Part shown: positions 38,233 to 53,700 of the stretch, in pieces
Numbering within the stretch: the stretch's first letter is position 1
How the letters are laid out: every line of letters starts with the position of its first letter
Origin: Schmidtea polychroa
Taxonomy: Eukaryota
Direction of reading: 5' to 3'
DNA: 64,000 nt
Assembly: GCA_044892525.1 (NCBI GenBank)
Contig: CM097886.1
Location: 62,682,001 to 62,746,000, forward strand
Made by a program: the position numbers and the translations under genes
The notes under the pieces: model-generated
What the model was told of the DNA's origin: nothing
Databases searched by the model: none
Seen by the model: only the letters and a program-made list of their open reading frames with translations

Positions 38233-39257
38233 TTTTTTTAAAAAAAAGTCAAAAAAACCCTGTTTTTCAAAACAACTTAATAAAAGGAAATTGAATTGTG
38301 AATATTTTAACAGTTATTTCAAATTTAAATGTTAATTAGTCAATTAAGTGCGAAATTTATTTGTTTACAATCATATTTATATTTCTTACTAGAAATATTG
38401 ACTATCTAAAATACGTAAGCAGCTTAATTTTGTTTATTTTTCATTCACTAATTTTTCTAAATTTAAAATTTTTTACATTAAATTTATTTCAAATAAATAA
38501 GTTTCATATTTTGTGCCCTTACAGAAGCAACCAGATTTGAGTTAGTGACCCAATTAGATTTTTTTTGTACTCTTATGTTTAGCCATAATCTAAATTTGTG
38601 AGAGTGGTACAAAAACATAATAATCACTTTTGTCACTTTGCGAACATTTTCAAAATTTTTCTAAAACGAAAAAACATAAAAATTCAATAATAAAAAATAA
38701 ATAAATGAAAAATGTAACAAAAATTCTGGAAAAATAATATCTATTATATCTATTATAATAATATCTATTATATCTATTTAAAAAGACAACAACCAGTGAA
38801 AGGTGAAAAAAAAAGATGAAATAAGAAATACTAAAAGGAAAAACAATTACTTTACAAAATCTGATATCTTTTAACTCACAAGGTTAAAAAACACTAAAAT
38901 ACATTAATTAAAAGAAAAATTCTTTTACACTATCCTTCAAAATATGGTCTCATATAAGTCGGAATAAAATAGTTTAAAACATTTTATTGAGAAGATTTTA
39001 AAATTTCAATATTGAAACAATTTGATATATAAATTCTAAAAATAAACGACAAGACAAGGACGATGAGAAAAATTTAATAATTTAAATAAAATTAACTTAT
39101 TTTCAAAATATTTCACAATTAAAGTTATGTCAAATTTAAAAATTAATTAAATAACTTACATCAATAGCTAGAATTATTTCCTTGCTATTGATAATATATT
39201 TTCACACTTCTGATGTCGAAAGACTGGCTAAATATATTTAAAATTTTTAACTATGCT

Positions 39258-39280
39258 TTTGATTTATTATTATTATTATT

Positions 39281-39347
<67 letters not shown>
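39258..39347. repeat. Back-to-back (TTA)n and (AAT)n microsatellites
   Basis: Read directly; a further (ATT)n run lies at about 39540-39587. Confidence 0.95.
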
Positions 39348-39348
<1 letters not shown>

Positions 39349-39537
39349 TAACATACAATAAATATGACCTAAATCTTTACAATAATTATCATAAATGAAT
39401 GAAATATGTCGATGGTGCAATAACAAACATCAAATATAAATTCCATTGCCGAAAGGATTCTTGGTTTCCATAAAAGTGATAACACTAAGATTTATGTTAT
39501 ATTATAATTGTAATAATTATCCATGATCAATTGAAAG

Positions 39538-39588
<51 letters not shown>

Positions 39589-42162
39589 TAAAATGATATT
39601 TCAAATAAAAACAAAAATTATGGCCAAAAATTCTAAACAAATACATATCTATAATTACTTTTTCACCAACTGATCACATGGACTTATATGTTTTCAGTTT
39701 CTGATAAATATCAAATAAAATGACAATTTAAATTCGTTATCTATCTAAAATTTTCAAAATTATCTCAAACAAAATTAGAAAATATGACATGACCAAAATA
39801 AGGTCTACCACATATCTTATAAAATTATGATTTTATTTAATACTGAACAAATAAAAAACAGAATTCAAAATTATATTAAACTGATATCACTGAAATTAAA
39901 ATTCAATGCATAAATTAAATTTTTTTTCACATTTAATTATGTATATTTTGCATTTTTCAAGCTACAATCCAAAATTGCATAGGAATTAAAATGAAAATAA
40001 AAGATGTTAATCCAAACGGACTTCATGCCAATAACCACAAATTCTAGATAACTATAATAATGAAAGTGGCCCTCATTCTCTTCATTGTCTAGCATGATAA
40101 ATTACAAATAAAAAGTTTACAGTTGATCAGAACAGTTATGAAGACGCTCACTATATATCACTACTTGTAGGAGATTTTATGATAAATCTCAAACGAGTAC
40201 AAGTATTTCAGTTTCACTTGAATATCATAAAAAGATATAAGATTAATTAACTCATTTATAAAAAACTTTAATAATGTGAAAATGGCAAAAGATTTAAGTC
40301 ACCCAGTGCATAATGCAATATACATAGCAAATATTTGAATTGCACTGAAAATTAAAGATGTCAAACAATAAGGTTAAAAAAGAATCTTAGTTCTTCAGAT
40401 AAAATAAAAATTCCACAATTTATATTCTTTTGAATACTATGTAACTACGGTAACAATATTTGTTGTTGTCAATGAGATGCAATAGAAAAATTCACAGAAA
40501 ATCACAGAAAAAAATTTCATATTCTAAAACTCAGTATAAATGAGTTTTTCGGTTTTTTGTAGATATTCATTATAAGATATTCATTTAAGATTTGGTTGAC
40601 TTAATAATCCATATGAGAATAAAAACCAAATTCAAGAATTTATAAAGCAATAGTTCAGAGTCGAGCGAAGGATATTCTTCGAGAGAAATTCAGTGTACTA
40701 CTGAAGAAATTTAGTGTCACGGAAAATTTATGATATTTTAATAATTAAAAAATATTCTCGAAAATTTTAAGATTTTCACCGACTAAAAGAAAATGAAACC
40801 GATAACACAAACATGAAAAACAAAAATAAGTCACCAAAATTCTTAAATTCAAAACGAAAAGGTACAATAAATATTTAAACAAAAAAAACCAAAGCGTCAA
40901 CTCGAAAGTAGACATCAATACTTTAAAGGTAAAGCAAAAAAGAACAAAAGAACATACTAAAGCTGTTGAAAAATAAAGTCATTCCGTTGTCATCAAAAAT
41001 AGTTGTACAAAGATTACAAGATGCATCGTGATATACAGTTAAGGTTAAAAGAAATATGATTCTCAAGATGAAACTTCCAGATTATTATGATTTAAGTAGA
41101 CAAAATTTCGTTGTGGAATTTGTTTATGCATAAATGCAAGTAATTTAGAACAATAAATTAACACAAAAATTTTATATTAATATTTGACTTTTTGCTGATC
41201 ACTTTAATAAAATGGTTTTTATTATGAAGACTTTTTAATCGGCCTTGAATCTTTATTAAATATATTGGTATTGTTTTTTATAGGCCGAAAATTACTACTT
41301 TTAGCATAAGTAATTGATTCCAAAGAAATGAAAAGTAATTCATGAAACATATTTCGATATGTAATTAAAAGAAAGTGAAACATTGCCAACATTTTTCATT
41401 GCAAATAACTATTCAAATTGGTATTTTACATAATTGCGTTACCCAATACTTTTGTAAAAGAAAATCAGATATTTGACATTTATTAATTTGTGTGAATTCA
41501 AATCGTCTAGTCACGTTGAAATTCATAGGCTTTATAGATTAAAAATATTATTTCGTCTATAATTTTGGTGCAGAAAACTTAAATAAAAGTTAATAAAAAT
41601 TAGTATTTTGATGTTCTTTTTTTAGTATCATGCTGAGAAATATGTTTGACAGTTGAATATCTATTGCAGTATTGTGCAAACTCCATCACATCCTATATAA
41701 TACTAGCATAACATTTTATGCTCAAATTTTCAAGAGATGTTTCATTATTTCAGATATAAAAAAAGCTTTATATTTAATTATTAATGTGAAACATAAAACG
41801 TTTTGAGCACCATCACGTTCATTTGCGGTTCGATTTTCGACAGACAAGCACGCATTTTTTCATCAACTATTTGCAATCTTTAATGTTTCCTTTATTTTAT
41901 TTCAGTAAGTGTTAAAAATTCCTACCGGAAAAAATCAGAACTTCCAAAAAAGCAATTCTATTATTGGCATTCAGTGTTTCCAAAATTATGGAAGTTCTTG
42001 TTCATTATAGACTCTTGTATACTAGGTCGATAAGGTTGTCATCTTCTGTCATCTTGTGCTTCTTATAAACTCAGATTAATATAAATAGGCTTATCGATAG
42101 GATCAATTAAAAAAGAAAGTTCATGTTCCGGAAAACTTACATTTAGTATATTAATGAGACTA

Positions 42163-42820
42163 ACGTATTTTAGCGTGTATAACCCGCGGTTTTACAATTT
42201 TTTTTTGATTTTTTAGTTGTTTTAAAGGGCAAAATGTGGGTAAAATTAGGCGCGGAAAAAAGTGGTTTTAAATATTTTTTTAATTTAACAATTAAATTTT
42301 TATTTAAACTCATTGTTTTTTATCAAAATTAAAATTTATCATATTTTTTCCATTTCAGAATTATCACTACTTGAAAATCCACTGAAGTTTGCATTACTGG
42401 ATTTACATTACTTTTACAGAAGAAAATTACATTTTTTTCAATTGATTCACTATCAATTGTTAAATTTTCTGAACTATTTTTTCAATTATTTCTGTTTTTT
42501 AAAATGGATTAATGATAATTTGTGATTTAACAGGTTTCCATGCTGTTTCTACCCATTGACAAACATTTAAAATCTTTTTCTAAATATACTTTATTTAGTC
42601 TTGGCAATTATTTATTATTATTATATTAAATAAAGTTTCATATTTCAAAAAGATATTTTAATTCAAAATCCATAATTTTTAATAAAAAAGGAAAACGTTA
42701 CATAAGAACACGTTTCAGTGTATAAAAGTATTTTTTTTCAAAATAATACAAAATTAAAATCAAAAAATTCATTTAAAAATACGGCGAAAAGTGAGTGCGG
42801 TTATACGCGCTAAAATACGG
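42163..42820. mobile_element. pogo/Tigger-like MITE
   Basis: TIR (A/C)CGTATTTTAGCG(T/C)GTATAACC.. at both ends; TA flanks on both sides. Confidence 0.85.
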
Positions 42821-42968
42821 TAATTGTAAAGCCAATCCAATCATGTTATGAAAATCAAAGAGCAATAGAAGTATTTTACAGTTTATAAGGACCCATTTAG
42901 TCATGAGAAAAAAAGAAAAACTTCAAATAATTATGACCTTTAGTGGATATAACAATATTATTAATTAA

Positions 42969-43199
42969 CCCTTAATTTCATAATTAATTTAATTTTTTTC
43001 ACAAAAATATTTTTATCAAACTAAAACTATATAGAAACTGGAAAGAACAAAAAAAATATTAAAAGTTCCGATGAAGTATTCACAAAAAAACTGTGTAGTA
43101 AAAATGCAACATCATAAAATTGAAGTTCTAACGATTTTTTATGAAGCTTTATATAGAATGTTGGTATGTAGCAAATTTGATACACAATGAAATAAAGGG
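42969..43199. mobile_element. piggyBac-like MITE, 231 bp
   Basis: TTAA flanks; TIR CCCTTAATTTCAT / ATGAAATAAAGGG (12 of 13). Confidence 0.7.
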
Positions 43200-45340
43200 T
43201 TAAAGTATTTTAAACTTGAAAACTTCGAATATTAAAATCTTTATTGTTTATGGATGTTATCAACACTCAAATTATTACATAATAAATTTTGTCATTTTCA
43301 CAATTTATAGAAAATGCTTTATTTCTAAATAATAGATAAGAATTTATTAATAATTTTCCAAAAAGAACTTTCTGGCTCAAGTTTTTCTAAATGTTAGATG
43401 TCGTACATTTATGGAGTTTTGTTCCACAAATTTTTGATATTAAATTTGTAAAATTTATCTTTTTTCATTCCTGATTTACAGAGCTTGAATAAAATATTTT
43501 GTCTAAACTCATAAAATTTTGTCTATCATTACAATCGTGCCTGAGTCATATTAATTTTCATTACTAGAGATATATTGTTAAGTAACCGAATATTCTGAAT
43601 AAGTTTCAATATATATTTTTAGACCATCTTTTCAATGAAACATTAAGCAACGAAATTATACAGCAAATGTTGTGGATTACCAAAACCAAAGAAAATATTT
43701 TTAATCTCCCGGTCAATGCTACTATTGTGACGAAAATAACCCTTCGTTTTAAAAGTTCATTAAATTAAATATTAATGTTGTTACATCACGAAACTTTATT
43801 GTAGCTAATTGAAACAATATTAAATTTAAATGAATGAACTTGAGTGGGTTATATCGCAAATAAAAAATTATTTCGTTTCACAAACTTGATGCACTGAATC
43901 ACACTTGACAACAAAAATAACGAATTACCAGACTGCACAGAAGCTCCACCTGAAAAAGTGTGAGTTTCACATAAATGAACTGAATTGTGCCTCTAGAGCG
44001 AAGTGAATTCAGATGGTCTTCTATTTTTAGTGTGACTGAGCAGACCGTTGGTTTCAATCAAATCGTATGGTGGCAACATCGCTTGAACAACAAACAATCC
44101 ATATAGAGTACAAACGTATATTTGAGCTTTCATTATTTATAATGGAATATTTTTAAAAAATAAAGAAGTATCGAGAATCCATTCGACTAATTACTAGAAG
44201 TTAAATGCTAATATTAAAAAATTATTCGCGGGCTGTATATTGGCCATGGATGGTATAGAAGAAAGATTAATATCCATTTCAAATTCAATGTCAAGGAAAA
44301 AAATAAATTTAGAGAAAGCTACTATAAAATTGAGTCAATTTGAAAGTGAAAATGGGTGTGTGGGTTTAAGTTGAAATTTACCCAAACAAAAAGCAGAAAC
44401 AATCCGATTCATAATATAGGGTAAAGCAACGAAGATTTGAGTAGCTGAAAAGGTAGACAAAATCTTAAGGAAAATAAGTCATGTAATAAAATATTTCAAT
44501 GTTTTCATATAGTACTTTTTAAATTGATGAAGTAAAACATAGTTATTGATACAATTATAATATTGGGGAAATAAAGTTTAATATAAAATATTTAAAAATA
44601 AAATTAAAATAAAATAACTTTTTACCAACTAATAATTAATAGTATATTTTCCACCATTTTCCACCATTTTATTAAACAGTCACCTCCTTTAAAAAAAAAT
44701 CTATTTCCATGATTTCTAAAGCAGCTAATGATTTTCTGATAACGTCTAAACTTACCATTTCCTCAGCAAATGTAATTCACATACAAATGATAATCAAAAG
44801 GGGTTAGGAACATATTTTTCAACGAAAATAGTTTGAATTTTATAATTGTAACTGATAAGAGCCATAAAAAACTCGAAACTAGTCTATCATTAGAAATTAC
44901 ATAGGATATCACAACACACTTTATTTTAATTTAACCAGGTTAGACACTTGACAGGCCATTTGATTCAACAATATAATATAATTATCAGGTGAACCTTTCA
45001 AATGAACTCAGACTAAAAATCTAAATTATGAATAATAAATAAAATCGCAGAATGTTTGAATTTTTCCACCATATACAAGCACAAAACTATACTTTTCTGA
45101 AGAGAAATATCTATTTTCAATTCCAATAAATAATAAAAATATGAAACTAAAATTCAAAATAGAAACCACAAAATAAATGACAAAAATAACGATAATATTA
45201 ATATAACAAGCAATTTTAATATTGTAATAATTGAGTCTTATAAAAACATTAATAGACAATAGGAAAACTCATAATGAAGGTATTTGGATAGACAAATTCG
45301 AGTAATTAATCAAATAAAAGTAATTAGGATTTCAACACAA

Positions 45341-48300
45341 TTAATCAATAAACCTACTTTTCTGAGATCCACTTTCTATGGAATGTTGTTCGAGTGGATT
45401 GGATTTTGGAGATGCTAAAGCTCGGGACAAATTGGACAAATTCTTACCTGGAATATCGTAAAGACTAGCAACAACCTTTTTCGATGAAGGTTTCTCTGGA
45501 TTAGTGTCGATAATTTTTTCTGTTTTCAAAATTTCTTGATCGATTTTATGAATTTTTTCATTGATTTCTAATAAACTTTCGCGACATTGTTGTTGAATAT
45601 CTTTCAATTCCGAAATATCTTTTGTACACCCATCATAAATTTGTCCAGTGACCATTTTCAGTTTTAAAATTGGATTGTTTTCGTTTCTAAAAGAAAATAA
45701 AAATTTATTGAAGATAGAGAAAACCAAATTCTTTAACTAGAAAGTCGTGGTTAGAATACAAACATTTATTATTGATAATGATAAAAAACCACTTGATTCT
45801 ATTTAATTATTTACTACCATTGGATGTCATTACAAATTTTAAATGTGTTTACAGAAATTTGATGACACAGGGGCGATATAAGTTTCTAACAAGTCTAGTT
45901 TGTAAGATATCAAATGCATTTACAGAAATGCCTCGCCACTTTTCGCTTCGACTTTCAAGGCTTCACTCTATCTCAATACTGACGGCAATATACCATCGCG
46001 ACCTGTCTCAAGAACATTTAGGCCGCGTTAAATGATACGAAGGCGGAGACAGTGAAGTCCAGCTGGAAGATCTTGTAACCTGAAATTGTCCAAGTCTACT
46101 GAGGATTAACCCCAGTGGGTATAAGCAAATCTGCAGTGGACAAGGCAGTTAGACTAGCCTGACTGCTGGTAGAAGGTACCACGGATATGACTCGAAGTGA
46201 CGTGGATGAATAGAGGAGTGTTCGATTCTGTAACTGATGATCTACTGGAGATGATTAAATCTGCGAATGACGAGTAGAAGGAAGAGAAGTAAGAGATTCC
46301 TGGATGTCAGGAGGAGGAAGTTGAGCGTATCTCGCAAGTCGTGAGAACTATTAAGGAAGTACAGGACATGATTGGCGAATGGGACCCACAAATGATGCAT
46401 GTATTGCGGTTTCAGAATGCTGTTGATATTGCAATAGAACTCTATAAAAGTCTCGCCACGAATATAAAATGAAAACCAGCGCCAGCCAAAGAAATTTTTT
46501 TATTGAGATTTCAAATAACAAAAAGATACAATACTGATGAAAGTAACACTTGATGATATAGATTCATCTTTCGTATTTCATTGCTAGAAACTGTAGATAT
46601 CAAATTAGTAGATGTATTAGGGTACTACTAGAAAAAATCATTTAAAATAATTTTTAAGTAATAATAATCGAATAAACTTCATGTAGAATTTTTAAATCAA
46701 ATTTTATCTCAAAACATTGGTATATTTACACGGCCAGGTATTGCGCGACGGGTATAACACTAGTTATAATATATTTATATTTGTTAATGTCGAGCCTGTT
46801 TCCTTTTGCCATTTTATAATTGAACTTTAAGGATATTTTGAATCTATATAATAAAAAAAATTATTTACAACTTTTGATTAATCTAATATATAAAGATGAA
46901 AGTTTTTTTGTTTGTTACCCATAGAATTTACCACCGTTGGACCTAAGGTACTGAAATTTTGCATGTGACCCTCATTTGACTCAGGACAGGTCATAGGCTA
47001 TGTTTTCTTGCACCAGAAGGAAAAAAACCAAAAATATACTCTATCGACAAACTTTATCATAAGTGATACATAAATTACATATACTTTTTTTAATTAAATT
47101 TTTATGTATTTTTTAAATTATTTTTTTAAAATGAATGAATTGAAATAAATTTCATTATTTTGAATCGTTTTACTATTTTTTAAATCATGCAACGCCGGGT
47201 ACCCCAGCTAGAAGAAAATATTTAGTGATAACAAAAGGTCGATGTAGCTAATGTTGCAATTATTAACATTTATTCTTTTTTCAATATTTCTTTATATTTT
47301 AATTGCTTTCTCTTTTATCACAAATCATAATTTAAAAAGAAAAAAACAAAGAAATGCTCCTCAAGCTGTCTTTCATAATACTGATTGAGAAGCCCGACAT
47401 AGCAAATAAAGCAGCTGAATTTAAATTGTCAAAAATATTAAACATGTAATCAACAATTCTTAAACATGTCACAATAGAGAGCGATATTTTAAAGGTTTTA
47501 TGTACAAAACACAAAACATCACTTTCTTGTAAGATGTATTCAAGATAAATCCCACGACATTTATAGACCATGAGAAAGATTTTCTGTAGTAGAACTTGTT
47601 AAATTAAACTAAGGATCATCTCTGCTTTAAATTTTATTATTAAAATTTCTTTTAATATTCATTTTTTATTTTTCATATTTACAATATACAATTTGAAGTT
47701 GTATTTTAGAATTATTATACATCACAGGATCCCAGAGTTAGGAAATCTGAAAAATATAAGATACCCTACCAGCAATACAAATAACAAAAATTATGTATTA
47801 TAAAATCAGAAAATATAAATATTATAATAATAACTTCAGAATAACTATTTTGAATATGTGTTATTAAAATCAATGGTTACTTTTTAAATATTATTAAAAA
47901 TAACATGTACCCTTTTCTTTTCTCACATTCCTCATCAATGTCAACTTCCTTAAAACCGACATCAATTTTACTTTCTTCATATGCTTCTCGGGAAAGTTCA
48001 GTCAAAGTTTTACTACAGCTATTGGAAAAATTTTCGATATTCTCACAGTTATCCTTAGATACAAACTTCACCTTTTCTAGTATCTCTTTCACTAGAGGTC
48101 TGGCATCTACAAAAATCAAACAATAATAATAACAATGATTATTGATATAATTTTCAGAATTGGTAAACCATCACAATAGTTGATCTGGGTTTCAAAGTGC
48201 TTTAAGCTAAATAAAAATCAACACATAGGAACACAGTTTTCAGTAAAAATTCTTTATATGTGAAATCTCGCGCTTTCAAATCACTTTAAAATTCAATTTT

Positions 48301-50611
48301 ATTTTTAAATTCAAAAAGCCATTTTAATTTCAAGTTATAGCATTGTAAACACAACTTTGATGTGTTTGTGTGTGTGTGACACCAAAACTTAATAAAACAT
48401 ATTATTATCCACAATGAATCTATTCTCCAATTTTCAGTCCTGTAATGACTGGAAGCGGGTTAATTAGCCACCACAAGATTTGCGTGTCTCACACATTCAA
48501 TGCCGTCGAAGTCAATATAAAGGATTTAATAAATTAATAAAATTAGTTTATTAAAAATTAAAGAAATTTAATAACAATTTAAATTTGCATTACATTTAGA
48601 CCATCGAAAAATGATTTTATTCTTTGCCTTTTCAGATAAAAATATGAGAGTTTAGTTTATAAACTACCAACAAATACTACAGAAATCCATGCATAAATAA
48701 TTAATTAAACAAGTGTCATTTGATATTCTACACAGGTGCTAATCCAAAAAAAAATTATAATAATCAATTCAAAATTCAAAATTTTTTCCTCCTTGCTTCT
48801 TCTCAAAACAATTGTAGGGAATCAAATTTTTTATATTTACAAAACCCCAAAGTAATAACAATTTTTTCCAAGAAATTATAAAATAAATTTTGACTGAGGT
48901 AACAAAACCGATACTTGGGGAAACTTGATAAAAATATAAGACAGAAAAACCGAGCTTTGGAATTTAGTCTTCGCCTAATCCATTTAGTTGCTAGCATAGA
49001 ACAACTATCGTTAACACAGAAAAGTTAATTAAATAATTTGATGAGCTAAAAATTATTATTACAGAAGTAACTAAATTTGTTCAACCAAATAATGAGCTTT
49101 GGAAGAGAAGTTTCATAACAAGTCACTGTGACAAATATGGCAAATGGACAAGCAAAAAAATAAAGAATATAGAACAAGCGGTAAATGAATTCTGGAATGA
49201 ATTCGCGAAGCTTGTGTAAAATTTCCAAAAGAATGAAATATGTAATGAAACAATTCTAAATATCTAATTTTAAAAAATCACTAACGATAAAACAGATGAT
49301 TTTGGAAATGTTTAAAAGAATTTAACTGACAATTCTAGTTCGAGTGCGGTTGTTATATAAAAACAGTCTAAGAAGAATATTTTTACTGCGCTTCCTACAC
49401 TAATGAATCGTCTTCTCGTGTGTTAATCTTTTGCACTCCGTTTGCGACTATATGTCGACATAATAGATTCCTTTGAAACTCAGTTGGTGACTATATGTCG
49501 CAACTATTTATAAGCTATAGAACTTATAAATAGTCATCGATTGTTGTTATTTTTGTTTAACCCTTTAATGGACAATGACGTGTATACACGTCATACTACT
49601 GCGTTCTGTTGGGACATGCCGTGTATAGACATCAAAAATTATTTTGCTAATAAAATCATGACGGCTATACACGCCACGAAATATATGAGTTGTCATGGGT
49701 GTCATGACGGCAATACACGTCAAAATGTGCATCATCATTTTACGATTAAATTATTATAATTACTGCATTTCTTTCATTTTGCTGTTTTCAGAATTTCATT
49801 ATCTTTAAAAATGTAAAAGATATGGCAAGTGACGTTCTGGGAACTGCAACTAAAAAAGTGCGTCCGCGAAAGGGTTAAATAAATTAATTTACTAATATAT
49901 CTAGTGTTTTTAATGCACATTTGCATGACACCTTTTTTATTTTTATTTTATAACTAATTTTGTCTTAAGTCTACCATTTTGCTTGAAATTGCAAAATGTA
50001 TGCTGAAGTTACAGGTATGTCATAAAAAAAATGCAAGCGTTGCAAAAGTTAACACGCATAAACTGAAACAGTAAGTGTCACGAACCTTATAATGCTAGCA
50101 AGGTTTTTTATACATACCTAATTTTTAAAATTAACTTTACCCACATATTATAAATTGTTCTTGTTGGCAAATGTCGGTTCTGTGATGGTCATAGCAAATT
50201 TTAATAAAACATTTATTAGCCACGGGTTCCAAAGCATTGGTCCATAAAGTTTAGAGCGATATAGATCTTTTAAATTTAAAATTTTCATAACCATATTATT
50301 AGATTTTTAATTATTAATAATTATTAAAATAAATAAATTTTTCATGTAATTTTTTCATAATAATTCATGTAAATAAAACAATAGAAAAATCAGAAACTAA
50401 CCCATTACACCTGTGACATCATCTTTATTATCATTTAAATCCATTGGAAATGACAAATCTTCACTTGGAGTAAACTTTAAATCTTCATCGTCGATATCAG
50501 GAGGTACATTACATGCACTTTCCAAAGTTGGTGAAAATAGCCATTTATGATGTTTTATAAGAGCTTCAATTAACTGAAATAAAGACTCAATTGAAAGACT
50601 AATGTTTAATA

Positions 50612-50700
<89 letters not shown>

Positions 50701-53700
50701 GATATTTTATGTTTACAAAGGAAACTAATGACAATATTTATTATAAAAATAACTATTATTTAATTTGTTAAAACCAAAATAAGCTGACATTTTAAATCAA
50801 CTAAAAAGAATCAATGTCAGTTTTTTTGTTAAAAATAATAATTCATTTAATGGGATGATATTTAAATAACCAAAGTCAACTGACCTGTATTTTGTATTTG
50901 TAGTCATTAACCAGTATTTCATTGGTTTCTTGCGGAGGTTTCATAAGAGTAGGAGCAAATATTACAGCCAAATTTTTGGCATTCATTTTATTTGTTGCTT
51001 GTCTGCTCGCTACACGTGATAAATGCTCCATTAAATATCTCAATGTCTCTCTATGATAACGATATTCTGGATGATCTTGAGCAATATCCATAATACTGAG
51101 AAATCTTTGAATAGAAAGCAATCGACGTTCTCGATCTCCTTCATGCATTCTACAAGCACCGATGATATCAGAATAGAGATCTAGTAAAAAATTGGTTTTA
51201 GTTCAACTAAAAGTAATTATATCATATTATATCGTATAATATTATATAATATTATATAATGATATAAAGGTTCTTACAAATTTAATAATAAAATTTCCTT
51301 TATTGTTGTGAATGTAAATATATACTGTAAATTTTTAAGATAGAGAAACTAAATTGTAAATAACTGCGTAACTGAATAGAACTATACAATTACAGTAATT
51401 ATCCATGATCTCATACAATTTCACTTAATTTTATTTTATTAACGCTTACTGTTTAGTATTAAAAATACAATCTAGCAATCAGGACCTTCAATAGAATCGT
51501 TTACATTTGTTTACCTTTTATCTGATTTTTTATATTTCATTTATTTTCCATATGACCAACAATTTATTTTCACACGCAACATTAATTTTTGGCACTACCT
51601 TTATCAAGAGTTATTAACCATTCAATAAATAACACTTGATAAAGACAATGTCAAAAATTTCTATTATATCGCAAAGTAAATTCTTAATCTATGCTAGTGT
51701 TTGTGTTGTAGAATCCCGTCTCGAGAATTCTCGAGATTTATCATAGTAATTTGTTTCGCGAATCCCGAAGGAAATTTTTAGAATGAGAAAAAAGAATTTT
51801 CTCCATTCGTTTCTACTACTTGCTGTCAATGAGAAGAAAAGTTTTCAATACCTCTTTTATACAAATCGTTCTCATTACTATCGAAAACTCATCGTGATTA
51901 GTACCTTCAGTAACAACATTTTTTACAGAAAGGAAATGCTGCATCTACCTAAATAGGTGCTAGTCAGATGGAGTCTGCAAAAATTTATTTTGATTTGTTT
52001 TTATTTCGCATAGTTTCTTAATAAATATTTTTCTTTCGTGTGTTACAAGCATCGAAATGCTACTAAAACCAGTTTACATCAGACAGCACACTAAACATTC
52101 TCCAATACTTATACTAAATTAGTAATAATAAATTTCTATGCAATTATTATTAAGCAATTCAGTCGCCTTATGATAAATAGTTTTATTAATTTCTTATTAA
52201 CATTTTTCTATGCTCCAATTCAACAGCCTTATGACGGCGAAGCAGAAAACTCAGGAAATGCAAGACATCGAAGTCATCCCCAAACAGCGAATAGCCCGGA
52301 CATCCCTTTCTGATTATCATTTGTTTCAGTCTTTATCACACATTTTATAAGAGAGACACTTTGGTTCAGAGGAAGAGGTCAAAACTGGAAGTCACCTGAG
52401 TGGTATCACATGAAATTGAGAAATTGACAGAAAGATGGCTTCAAGTCATTGAAAATGATGGACTGCATTGCGAGGAAAAATATGATCAGTGTTATAAAAT
52501 TTTGAGTAAATGAAACATTCGCATAAAATATGAATAACTTTAGACTCAACATGGTATATATTATTTTATGTACACAAATTTTCTCATTTGTAATATTGTT
52601 ACATATTATTATTTAATATAAAAAATTAAAGGTTTTTGGTATGAAAAATGCAAAAACCTTTCTTAAATAACTTCATTTACTAGTTAATTTTTCAGGTATT
52701 AAATTAATCCCAACGAGTCTTGAAAGTATTTGATTTCCTAGAGATTAAAGATATTGGTTTAAAATTTATTAAAAAAAGACAGAATGACTGACTAAGCACT
52801 ATTTTTATTATTTCTGACAAATTGTCCTTTTCTGAATTGTTTTAAAAATAGTAATGTTAAAGCTAAGAAAAATAAACTGATACAATTTGCTGTAAAACGA
52901 ATTCATAAAATTTAATAATTTTTCAAAATTATAAATAAAAGAATTATACCACTTAAATTATCCCTTTTCAAAATCCACTGCATTAATTTTAAACGAATAT
53001 ATTCGACACTATTCGTAACTAATAAAACCAATTGAATAAAATATGTTAATTATCGAAGCGGAACATTTCAGTCCCACCGTTTCAGTCCTGGTCAAAACAG
53101 TCCCGACTGTTTCAGTACTGACCGTTTAGGTCCTAAGGTCTAATTTTGGATGAAACATTATGACGAAAAGAAAACGAAATTTGCTGGAGTCATGGCCAAT
53201 CGATTTCTGATCTTTGAATAACCTTCCTGTTTGCATCTGACCCATCGTTGCTAGATCGATGCCCTGGATGACATGGTTAATGATTTGTGCAGGTTGTTCC
53301 ATTGTTTCCTCGGCTCGGCTCTTTATCGATGTTTTAACTTTAATCACCTCAACTCGAGCAGCATTGCTTCCGTGACTGTGACTCCCACTTCTATTGACCA
53401 TGGCATCGTTAAGATCATTGTGAATCCGGGCTTTGCATTGTCCGTTTGCGCTCATTTTGTGAAAGCTGAAAAAAGGCCCTTCATCTGCCAACTTCTTACG
53501 TCCTCATTGAGACTTCAAATCTTCAGTCATGACGGTTAGTTTAGTTAAAATTTAACGTTTTGCGAATTAATAAATTAATAAAAATATTAATAATTCCTAA
53601 TATTTACTAATACTAATGTTTTTGTTTACATTTGTCTAAGCGTGTTTTCGTTTTCTTTTCGTCACAATGTTTCATCCAAAATTAGGCCTTAGGACTTAAA

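Noticed and set aside
47332-47571. 79-aa minus-strand ORF inside the RhoGAP locus
   Set aside because: Flanking exons 47911 and 45686 already splice in phase without it; no homology recognised
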